Notes under the pieces: generated by a model
Seen by the model: only the letters and a program-made list of their open reading frames with translations
What the model was told of the DNA's origin: nothing
Databases searched by the model: none
Position numbers and translations under genes: made by a program
NCBI GenBank assembly: GCA_031260975.1
Contig: JAISKJ010000003.1
Span: forward strand, 559,430 to 623,429
Length of the DNA stretch: 64,000 nucleotides
Reading direction: 5' to 3'
Origin: Christensenellaceae bacterium
GTDB taxonomy: Bacteria; Bacillota; Clostridia; Christensenellales; UBA1242
In this document: positions 56,517 through 64,000 of the stretch, piece after piece
How positions within the stretch are numbered: the first letter of the stretch is position 1
Layout: each line of letters opens with the position of its first letter

Positions 56517-56906
56517 TCAGTGTTTTATTCTCCCCTGCTTTTCCTCAATATAACCCTTTATGATTGTTACTATCTCAAGAGCGGCAATACAAATCAAAAA
56601 AATTCCAAATAAAGTTTTTAAAATTCCCCCGTCAATTTTTTGCACCAGCAGCGCCATAAATATGGCCGAAACCACACCCGTGGAGGTCAGCAAAACACCT
56701 TCCTTAAACGAAACCAGCCCATTTTTGACATGTATAAAAATGGCAAAGCCCGCCATACATACAAAGGTAACAAGACTGATTGTCTGCGCCTCTTTTTGAT
56801 AAATCCCTAAAAATAGTGTCAAAAGCGGGATGAGCAGCGTCCCTCCACCCATGCCCATACCACCAAGTATCCCACCCAAAAAACCTATAATTAACCCTAT
56901 AAGCAT
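56517..56906 (-). CDS. TauE/SafE (TSUP) family transporter, half-size (C-terminal-half equivalent)
   Basis: 4-TM protein with the GGILGGMGMGGGTLLIPLL motif. Own SD GGAGG. Confidence 0.7.
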   Translation of the reverse strand: MLIGLIIGFLGGILGGMGMGGGTLLIPLLTLFLGIYQKEAQTISLVTFVCMAGFAIFIHVKNGLVSFKEGVLLTSTGVVSAIFMALLVQKIDGGILKTLFGIFLICIAALEIVTIIKGYIEEKQGRIKH

Positions 56907-56983
56907 AATTAAACCTCCGCTTCTCCCACTTATTTATGTAATTGTGCGTATATGTCTCTAAGCGTTTTAAGCAGCTCTCAAAG

Positions 56984-57066
56984 GCGGCAGGAGTGTTAAA
57001 TTTGTGCGTTGAAGCAAAGCAGTTTAGCAAAATTTTGCAAGTGAACAAATTTAATATTCCTGCCGC
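56984..57066. repeat. family 2 long-hairpin repeat between the two TSUP half-genes
   Basis: GCGGCAGGAGTGTTAAATTTGT ... ACAAATTTAATATTCCTGCCGC. Core ..AATTTGTGCGTTGAAGCAAAGCAGTTTAGCAAAATTTTG... Confidence 0.7.
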
Positions 57067-57101
57067 TATAAATTTAACGGAAGAGACATCTATGCACAAC
57101 C

Positions 57102-57482
57102 TTACACACACACCATCCTTATTCCTGCCGCCAGCATAAGAACGGCAAATATAATACCTACAACGTTATTATTCATTTTATTCAGCAGCTTTGCCCCTAC
57201 AATTCCGCCCAGAATAACACCTGTTATTATAAATATGTTGGCACCAAAGTTAAATCCTCCGCGTGTTATATATATAATCATGCTGGCTATACTTATGGGG
57301 AGTATCACAAACATGGCAGTTGCCTGCGCCTTTTTTTGCTCAAGCCCAAATCTTTTGAGAATTGGCACACAAATCATGCCCCCTCCGCTGCCAAAAAGCC
57401 CGTTGAGCAGCCCCACAACAAGACCCGCCAAAAGCATAATAAAATATTTTAGTTTATCTTTAAGCTTTCCTTTCTGCTGCAT
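57102..57482 (-). CDS. TauE/SafE (TSUP) family transporter, half-size (N-terminal-half equivalent)
   Basis: 4-TM protein with the GLFGSGGGMICVPIL motif. SD GGAGAAG. Confidence 0.7.
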   Translation of the reverse strand: MQQKGKLKDKLKYFIMLLAGLVVGLLNGLFGSGGGMICVPILKRFGLEQKKAQATAMFVILPISIASMIIYITRGGFNFGANIFIITGVILGGIVGAKLLNKMNNNVVGIIFAVLMLAAGIRMVCV

Positions 57483-57529
57483 ACATCTTCTCCGCTTTTA
57501 CCTCTCAAGGAGTAATACATAGCCTCACT

Positions 57530-57577
57530 GAACGATTCTGCAGGCCACATAGTGGCCAAAGCCCTAGTGAAGTGAAG
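57530..57577. repeat. second copy of the modular repeat
   Basis: GAACGATTCTGCAGGC CACATAGTGGCC AAAGCCCTAGTGAAGTGAAG. Confidence 0.5.
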
Positions 57578-57697
57578 TCTATGCATTACTCCGATCCGAA
57601 TTATTATAAGTAAACCTACCGATTTTATTTGCAATTTCGGCGGTTTTGTGCTAAACTAATTAAACATTTTAGTTAGCGAAAAAAGGATTAGATATAT

Positions 57698-60600
57698 ATG
57701 AGCATTGGAATAAATAAAAGACTTATAGCATGTGTGGTGGCTGTTATCACCTTTATTGCCATGCAGCTGGGGGCCCTGTTTTATGGGCTGAGTTCCCCCA
57801 TTCTCACGGCTGACGCATATAGCAAAACAATCTCCATTTCAAACGGAGATTTTAAAAATTATACGGGTTCAGTGCCTTATACTCCTTCATCCTGGAGCTC
57901 CGCTAAAGACGGCAGCAGTTCCGAAGGACTTAAAATCGGCGTTATTGACATAAACAACGTAAGTGACCTCGGCAATTTAAGCAACGCCTCCTTTGCTCGT
58001 GACACCCGTCCTGACCCCTATGTACTTATGATACAGTCACAAAATGGTGATTCTTCCTATGGCTACAAAAACTCTTCATCTGTGCAGCTTAGCGCCAACA
58101 GCTATTTCAAGGTTTCGGTTGATGTCAAAACTATCACAGGCAACAACGGCGCATCAATTTATCTCAGCGGTGTTACACCTGAAGAAAATATCAACAGCAA
58201 TCAATACAGTTTCATAAATGTGGTTTCAAAAACCTCGGTTTATCCCGAAGGTATTTACAACGAATGGGACACATTTACTTTTTGGGTAGAGACTGCCACC
58301 ACTAAAGCTTCAAGCATGACGCTGGAGCTGTGGCTGGGCAGCAGAAACAACATAATAACCTCTCACGGTTCAGTGTTGTTTGACAGCGTTTCTGTTGTTG
58401 AAATCGGACAGTCTGACTTTTATAACTATGTAAACAATGAGTTTGACCCCGACAACACTATTATGGCCAAGCACAACCGTATAATCCAACTGAAAGAAGG
58501 GCTCCTGACCGGCGCTCTTAACAACGGCGACTTTGAACAAGGACTTGTCGGCTGGCAACTTGACCAATACGGAGACATCGCCAACGTACGTCACGGCGTT
58601 GCAAACATAAATTCAGGCAGCGAAACGCGCAACATTTTAGGCCTTGAATCAACCGACACCATTCCCGGCAACACCGGAACCTACGGCAACCAAAAGGCAA
58701 TGTATATCAGCAACCTTGAACCGTCATTTTTATCATATATCACAACTGACACCAACAGCATAACCATTGAACAATTTAGTTTTTATAGAATAGGAATATG
58801 GGCAAAGGCGGGTAAGCTTGACGGCGGAAACGCTTGGGCAAAGCTTACTGAAATTATACCGGGCGACGACCCAAATCCCGAACGTACTCCCCTGTCACAT
58901 ATTATATCCGATATAAATTCAAATTCGGGCGCTGAAAGCAAAAACGGCTATCAGGAATATGTTTTCTACGTTCAGGGCAGTCCGTTTAAAAACATTGAAG
59001 TATCGCTCACACTAGGTCTTGGAAACGCAGGTTCACTTGTTTCGGGATATGTTATCTTTGATGATATCACAGTTGAGCAGATAAGCGGCGAAACCTTCTC
59101 GCAAATAAACAGCGGAAACGAGCTTAACTTTAACACTTCAACAGATACAACAGATATTCTAAACGGCAAATTCGACTTTGTAAACAGCAAAACAATTCAG
59201 ACAGTATATCCGCTGGCTCCGAGTAATTGGACAAGCGACCAAAACAACGCAAACAGCGGTATCGTAAATCTTAACAGCACTCATTGGGCCAACAACGCTG
59301 CCGTGCCCGGTCACGGCTACGGAACAGTGACTTATCCCGGGACTATTGGCTACTACGGAACTGAAAGCAATCCGGCCAAAACACAAAATAATGTGCTTAT
59401 GCTGCGAAATACCGAAACAACCTCACTGCAGTTTAAAAGTAGCACTTTCAGCGTAACCGCTTCATATCAGGGCTCAACCAGCTACACTGCAGTTGAACTA
59501 TACATGCAAACCCAATATGTGACCGAAGGTGTTGACCTAGAAATTACGACTGACGAAGGCTTTGCGCTTTGCGCCATATATGACATAGTCACAAACAATC
59601 AATGGACAAAATATACCCTTCTAATCAAAAACACAAGTAAAGACTTCAGCGCAAATCTTCACATTACTCTAAACGGAACAGGTTATGCCTTTGTTGACTA
59701 TATAAAAGTAACTCGCACCGACGGCACAATGCTGAGAGACTCTCTAAGCTCATTCCTCAACCCTCCAATACTTAATGAAACTCTGTTTGCTCAATTTAAA
59801 CAAAGCTCATCACAAAATGTTATGGCAAGTGACTTGGATGTTGACAGCTTCTCATATTTCGGAAGAAACATATCAAGCGGACTGTATAACTCACAAACCT
59901 TCAGTGCTGAACCTCAAAGCGGTGTAATAGCCGGAGTGGTTGACCTTACAGCCATGGGAATTCCTCAAAAAGAAAATGAAAACCCCTACGCCCTAATGAT
60001 ACAAAACAACTTCCCCACTCACTTTAACTATACCTCAAACATTACCTACTATCTGAATGCCGGAAGTTTTTATAAATTCTCAGTTTGGGTATATACCCAA
60101 AATATAATCGGCGAGGTTATACCGCATGAAGAAGAAGTTGAAGGTGATTTTGGAGTTTATATCAGCATCAGCGGAATAGACCAACAGTTTAAGGGTATTA
60201 AAACCAAAAACAGTGCTGAAGAGGGATATAACAGCGACAAAAACGGTTGGGAGAACTATCTTTTCTATGTAAAAGCAACCTCCTCAATTTCAGCGACACT
60301 GACACTTTCTCTCGGAAACGAATACTTCCCCACTCAGGGCTACGCATTCTTTGACGATGCTACAATGCAGCTTTCTGATGAGGCCACCTACAAAAGTTTT
60401 ATCGTCGACCCCGACGCTGCTGAAGAGGACATAACCTTTAAAACCACCGATAGCAGCGGCGCTCACCTCATGTTTGGACAGTCAGTTTCAACAGCCCCAC
60501 CAGATGAAGGCGGCCCAACCGACGAAAGCGGCGATACAGAAGGCGACACTCCTCCTTCAAACGGCGACAACTTGTTTATTATAATCCCTTCAATCTTAAT

Positions 60601-61072
60601 AGTAGTAGCAATTATTATAGCACTTGTTGGATATGTGTTGCGAAGAGTAAATTTGAAGATGCCCATACGAAAGAAAAAAGCTGCATCCTATAACCGTAAA
60701 GGCACTCTCGAAGAAGAGCTTATTCGAAAAGAACTTGCAGCAGTGCGTGCCGAAAAGGTTAAGAACATTGACAGCCAGCTGAAAGCTCTTGAAAGCGTAG
60801 TTGAAGAAAATAAAGCAGCCTATGAAACAGCAGTTGCAAGCGAAACCAACAAAGCAAAGGCCGAAAAAATGTTTAACAAATATGCAAAAGAGCGAAATGC
60901 CCTTCAGCGTCAAATTGACAACCTTGTTGCCGCAAAGACTTATATAACCGACGAGGCCAACATAAAACTTGAAGAAAACAAAGAAATGCACCGAAGGTCA
61001 GCCGAGCTTGAAGCCAAAAATAAACAAATTCAAAAAGAAGCTGAAAAAGAAGCGGCTAAAAAGAAAAAGTAA
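57698..61072 (+). CDS. large type-I membrane surface protein with four CBM4/9-like (galactose-binding-like) modules and a cytoplasmic coiled-coil tail
   Basis: Signal peptide (..ILTADA/YS). Four modules open with NGDF/NGKF-type motifs (ISNGDFKNY, LNNGDFEQGLVGWQL, ILNGKFDFV) and close with (V/A)(L/I/F)FDD.(T/S)V-like strands. A TM helix at aa ~955-980 is followed by a Lys/Glu-rich coiled coil. Confidence 0.7.
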   Translation: MSIGINKRLIACVVAVITFIAMQLGALFYGLSSPILTADAYSKTISISNGDFKNYTGSVPYTPSSWSSAKDGSSSEGLKIGVIDINNVSDLGNLSNASFARDTRPDPYVLMIQSQNGDSSYGYKNSSSVQLSANSYFKVSVDVKTITGNNGASIYLSGVTPEENINSNQYSFINVVSKTSVYPEGIYNEWDTFTFWVETATTKASSMTLELWLGSRNNIITSHGSVLFDSVSVVEIGQSDFYNYVNNEFDPDNTIMAKHNRIIQLKEGLLTGALNNGDFEQGLVGWQLDQYGDIANVRHGVANINSGSETRNILGLESTDTIPGNTGTYGNQKAMYISNLEPSFLSYITTDTNSITIEQFSFYRIGIWAKAGKLDGGNAWAKLTEIIPGDDPNPERTPLSHIISDINSNSGAESKNGYQEYVFYVQGSPFKNIEVSLTLGLGNAGSLVSGYVIFDDITVEQISGETFSQINSGNELNFNTSTDTTDILNGKFDFVNSKTIQTVYPLAPSNWTSDQNNANSGIVNLNSTHWANNAAVPGHGYGTVTYPGTIGYYGTESNPAKTQNNVLMLRNTETTSLQFKSSTFSVTASYQGSTSYTAVELYMQTQYVTEGVDLEITTDEGFALCAIYDIVTNNQWTKYTLLIKNTSKDFSANLHITLNGTGYAFVDYIKVTRTDGTMLRDSLSSFLNPPILNETLFAQFKQSSSQNVMASDLDVDSFSYFGRNISSGLYNSQTFSAEPQSGVIAGVVDLTAMGIPQKENENPYALMIQNNFPTHFNYTSNITYYLNAGSFYKFSVWVYTQNIIGEVIPHEEEVEGDFGVYISISGIDQQFKGIKTKNSAEEGYNSDKNGWENYLFYVKATSSISATLTLSLGNEYFPTQGYAFFDDATMQLSDEATYKSFIVDPDAAEEDITFKTTDSSGAHLMFGQSVSTAPPDEGGPTDESGDTEGDTPPSNGDNLFIIIPSILIVVAIIIALVGYVLRRVNLKMPIRKKKAASYNRKGTLEEELIRKELAAVRAEKVKNIDSQLKALESVVEENKAAYETAVASETNKAKAEKMFNKYAKERNALQRQIDNLVAAKTYITDEANIKLEENKEMHRRSAELEAKNKQIQKEAEKEAAKKKK

Positions 61073-61075
61073 TAT

Positions 61076-61101
61076 AAAAAGAGGCGTTAAGCCTCTTTTT
61101 T
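61076..61101 (+). terminator. terminator of the large surface-protein gene
   Basis: AGAGGC gttaa GCCTCT followed by T6. Confidence 0.75.
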
Positions 61102-61136
61102 CATAATCTACCCTTTTTCTCTAATTCAAGCCACAC

Positions 61137-62261
61137 TTACGTTATTTTTTTAGTGTAACATCTGCGCCTCTTATGTTGGATATACTCAAATTCGCCCCAC
61201 TGCGCTTGCACCTTACTGTTATCCTCAAGATTAAGGTTGGTTTCACAATACTCTAAGTTAAACTTAATCATTGTTTCAAACAAAAAATTCATCATAACGG
61301 CATTAAGTCCTTTATTTTGATATTCGGGCACAACTGCAATAAGCCCCAAGTCCGCCTTTTTGGGATGCTTAATGTCTTTAAGAATTCTGAATATTCCAAA
61401 CGGAAAGAGTTTTCCTTTACTTTTATTTACCGAATCTGACATGTTTGGAAGCGCAAAGCCGATGGCAACAATTTTTTCGTTCTCATCAACCAAAATAATA
61501 ATAAAATTCGGATTTAATACCATTTTAAACTGATTGATTATAGCTTTTTTAACTTTGCCTTCGATGGGAACAACTCCGTGAAGAGGCGCATACGCCCGAT
61601 TGATACATTCAAAAAAGCCATCGCTATATTGTTTGACAAACTTATTTAAGTTGGTTGGAGTAAGCGCTCTCAGTTTATATCTTTTTATAACCGCCTCAGC
61701 AAGCATCTTCATTCTGAGATTTCTTTCTTTAGGTTTAAATAATCTGTATTCAAGCCAATCAGTTTCTTTTTTGAAGCCATAGCTTTCAACAAGCTTTGGA
61801 TAATAATCATAATTATACTGCTCTTCAAATGTGCAGAGCTGGTCAAAACCTTTAATAAGCATACCCTCTCTGTCAAGGTCATTAAAACCGAGCGGACCGT
61901 GTATTTCTTCCATGCCCTCAGTTTTTGCCCAAGCCTCAACCGCCCAAAAAAGACTGTGTGCCACTTCTCGGTCGTCTATACTGTCAAATCTGCTAAATCT
62001 CACCCGCTTAGCGCCGGATTTTTGGTTGTGCGCCTGCTGAATTATGCCGGCAATGCGCCCTACAATTTTTCCGTCTCTGAACGCAATAAAACACTTGTGT
62101 TTACAGCTATCTGAAAATTCATTCTCTTTTTTGCCGAATTTGTGAATTTCGTCAACGGCAAGGTCGGGCACAAAATATTCCACACCCTTATATAATTTTA
62201 TAGGAAAACTAATAAAGCGGTTTAAATCTAATCTATTTTTTACTTCTCTTATCTCTAACAT
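61137..62261 (-). CDS. GNAT-family N-acyltransferase-like protein (374 aa)
   Basis: C-terminal LIAVVPEYQNKGLNAVMM motif-A-like. Long N-terminal domain. ATG 62261 lies 6 nt after a TATAAT box. Confidence 0.65.
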   Translation of the reverse strand: MLEIREVKNRLDLNRFISFPIKLYKGVEYFVPDLAVDEIHKFGKKENEFSDSCKHKCFIAFRDGKIVGRIAGIIQQAHNQKSGAKRVRFSRFDSIDDREVAHSLFWAVEAWAKTEGMEEIHGPLGFNDLDREGMLIKGFDQLCTFEEQYNYDYYPKLVESYGFKKETDWLEYRLFKPKERNLRMKMLAEAVIKRYKLRALTPTNLNKFVKQYSDGFFECINRAYAPLHGVVPIEGKVKKAIINQFKMVLNPNFIIILVDENEKIVAIGFALPNMSDSVNKSKGKLFPFGIFRILKDIKHPKKADLGLIAVVPEYQNKGLNAVMMNFLFETMIKFNLEYCETNLNLEDNSKVQAQWGEFEYIQHKRRRCYTKKIT

Positions 62262-62267
62262 GCCTTA

Positions 62268-62296
62268 ATTATACAAAAAAAATAAAATTTTAGCAA
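62268..62296 (-). promoter_or_regulatory. promoter of the 374-aa GNAT gene (leaderless candidate)
   Basis: TTGCTA, 17 nt, TATAAT, 6 nt (TAAGGC), ATG 62261. Confidence 0.5.
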
Positions 62297-62592
62297 CTGA
62301 TTAGCAATCGTTGACCTACAAAAATCTGAGTTATGCTATTTATTTCCTTTAGTCTTTCAATACTCATGTTATACTTATTTGATATGTCCTCAAGGCGCTC
62401 GGCGGGCTTAACTATATGATATTGTTTGACCTTTAGGTCAATTATAATTTTGTCACCGCACAGAAGGTCATCACTTCCTAAAGTATTTATATTTTGTATG
62501 CTTACGCCAAATTTTTTAGCAATGCTTTCCTTCGTCTCATTTGTTTTGACTGAATATATCAGCGGGTCTTTTAAACTTTCTAAAATTTCCAC
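62290..62592 (-). CDS. small protein with two LysM-like repeats
   Basis: YSVKTNETKESIAKKFGVSIQNINTL and YHIVKPAERLEDISNKYNMSIERLKEIN fit the LysM pattern (Y.V..GD(T/S)L..IA..(Y/F)....(L)...N). Confidence 0.6.
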   Translation of the reverse strand: MEILESLKDPLIYSVKTNETKESIAKKFGVSIQNINTLGSDDLLCGDKIIIDLKVKQYHIVKPAERLEDISNKYNMSIERLKEINSITQIFVGQRLLISC

Positions 62593-62720
62593 AAAGTTAT
62601 TTCCTCCACTCTCTCTATATATACTTCCGCTCTTCTAAAAAAATACCCTGCCGCTCAAAAAACACACACCCGGCCCCAAAACCAAGCATTATTTAAGACA
62701 AGCCTTAATAGATTATTATA

Positions 62721-64000
62721 ATGAAGAAACTTTTTAAGGCAGTGGCCATAATCACCGTATTTGCGGGGCTCACCCGACTTGCGGGGTTTTTGTTCAGAAT
62801 ATACTTATCGCGTACAATCGGGGCCGAAGGGCTGGGCATATACCAAATTGCCTTTTCGGTATTTTTAGTTTTAGAAACTTTTGTTTCCAGCGGATTACCT
62901 CTTGTCGTATCAAAACTTACCTCAAAGTATCAGGTTGAAAATAACCGGCCGGCTCAGGCTTCGGCGGTATGTGCTGCGCTTATAACCGGACTTATCACTT
63001 CAATAACGCTGGTGCTGGTGCTCTTTGCCGCACAAAGTCTGGTGGGCAGGCTGTTTACGGATATACGCTGTCTGAATATATTGCTTACACTTCTTCCCGC
63101 CATCGTATTTTCAAGCGTATATGCCGTGTTGCGTGGTTATCTATGGGGACAAAAAAAGTTTTTTTTGGTCAGCATCACCGAGTTTTTTGAACAAACTGTA
63201 CGCATCATGGCCTGTGTAATATTAATTGCTCTTATATACAGCACCTTTGACGGAGCCGTTGCCGCCAGCGTATCGCTTGTAATCTCTTGCGCATTTTCAG
63301 CAGCACTAGTTGTAATATTATTCTTTAAAACCGGCGGGCGCCTCAAAAGCCCCAAAGGCCAAACCAAAACCGTGCTTAAAAGCGCCATACCCATAACCGC
63401 GGTGAGGATAGCCTCCAGCCTGCTTATGCCCATAATCGCCATAATAATGCCCATAAAGCTCCTTCAAAGCGGCCTAAGCCCTGAACAAGCGCTTTCTCAA
63501 TATGGTATAGCTCTGGGCATGACCTTTCCGCTGCTATACCTCCCCTCCACACTCACAGGGTCGCTTGCCATGGCGCTTATACCCGACATATCCTCCGACC
63601 TTGCCTCCAAAAATTATAATCATATCGCAAAAAAAATAGAAAGCTCGTTAAAGTTTTCTATCTTTGTAGCATTTTTAGTAATTCCGCTATATATAGGTCT
63701 GGGCGAGCCAATAGGAGTTTTCCTGTTTAACAACGCATCAGCCGGATATTATCTTGCATATGCCGCGTGGATAATGCTGCCCATCAGCATAAATAATATC
63801 GCAGCATCGGTGCTCAATGCTCTTGGTCTGGAGGTCAAAGGTTTTATCAACTATATTTTTGGAGCAGTTGTATTAATACTTTGCATAGTGTTCCTGCCAA
63901 AATATATAGGCATTTTGTCACTTGTGTGGGGAATGGGACTTTGCATGACACTTGCCGCAATTTTAAACATAAGAATGATAAGAAAACGAATAACCGTAAA
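62721..64000 (+). CDS. spoVB: SpoVB / MOP-superfamily polysaccharide flippase (partial, runs off the window end)
   Basis: ATG 62721, open to 64000 (not in the ORF track). RLAGFLFRIYLSRTIGAEGLGIYQ N-terminus typical of SpoVB. Polytopic. Confidence 0.8.
   Translation, partial: MKKLFKAVAIITVFAGLTRLAGFLFRIYLSRTIGAEGLGIYQIAFSVFLVLETFVSSGLPLVVSKLTSKYQVENNRPAQASAVCAALITGLITSITLVLVLFAAQSLVGRLFTDIRCLNILLTLLPAIVFSSVYAVLRGYLWGQKKFFLVSITEFFEQTVRIMACVILIALIYSTFDGAVAASVSLVISCAFSAALVVILFFKTGGRLKSPKGQTKTVLKSAIPITAVRIASSLLMPIIAIIMPIKLLQSGLSPEQALSQYGIALGMTFPLLYLPSTLTGSLAMALIPDISSDLASKNYNHIAKKIESSLKFSIFVAFLVIPLYIGLGEPIGVFLFNNASAGYYLAYAAWIMLPISINNIAASVLNALGLEVKGFINYIFGAVVLILCIVFLPKYIGILSLVWGMGLCMTLAAILNIRMIRKRITV

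Overview
This is a 64-kb chromosomal segment from a low-GC, endospore-forming Firmicute, apparently Clostridia-like (yqfC, yqfD, ylbJ and spoVB are present). I call about 65 protein-coding genes, roughly 80% on the minus strand. Most belong to conserved housekeeping blocks: nth, obg-yhbY, ctsR-clpC, hpf, plsX-rnc-smc-ftsY, rpmF, valS, dnaG-sigA-trmK, ppdK, yqfC-yqfD-ybeY-era-recO, nfeD-floA, ogg and ppx. I found no rRNA, tRNA, CRISPR array, transposase, integrase or phage genes. I could not support a clear multi-gene novel system such as a defence island. Seven things stand out. (1) There are small accessory islets of uncharacterised genes. These are an AT-rich two-gene islet between dnaG and ppdK with a HicA-like fusion protein, a tandem pair of GNAT-like paralogs between ppdK and recO, tandem paralogs at the window start, and a convergent pair at 27.5-29 kb. 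(2) An 18-bp perfect palindrome, TTGCATAGTATTATGCAA, often followed by a 16-bp palindrome, recurs at three loci and brackets a cysteine-desulfurase-like gene. (3) Several families of long palindromic intergenic repeats are present, including a GC-rich element that can fold as a cloverleaf in the plsX leader. (4) A C10 tract lies inside one GNAT-like gene and a G8 tract forms the nfeD ribosome-binding site. (5) Three genes have a consensus -10 box exactly 6 nt before the ATG, making them leaderless candidates. (6) Some enzyme variants are unusual: an SPT-like alpha-oxoamine synthase, an animal-type dCMP deaminase plus a second deaminase with a Cys zinc ligand, and a half-length YqfD. (7) A 1124-aa surface protein carries four CBM-like modules. 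All calls rest on reading motifs by eye, and no database search was run.
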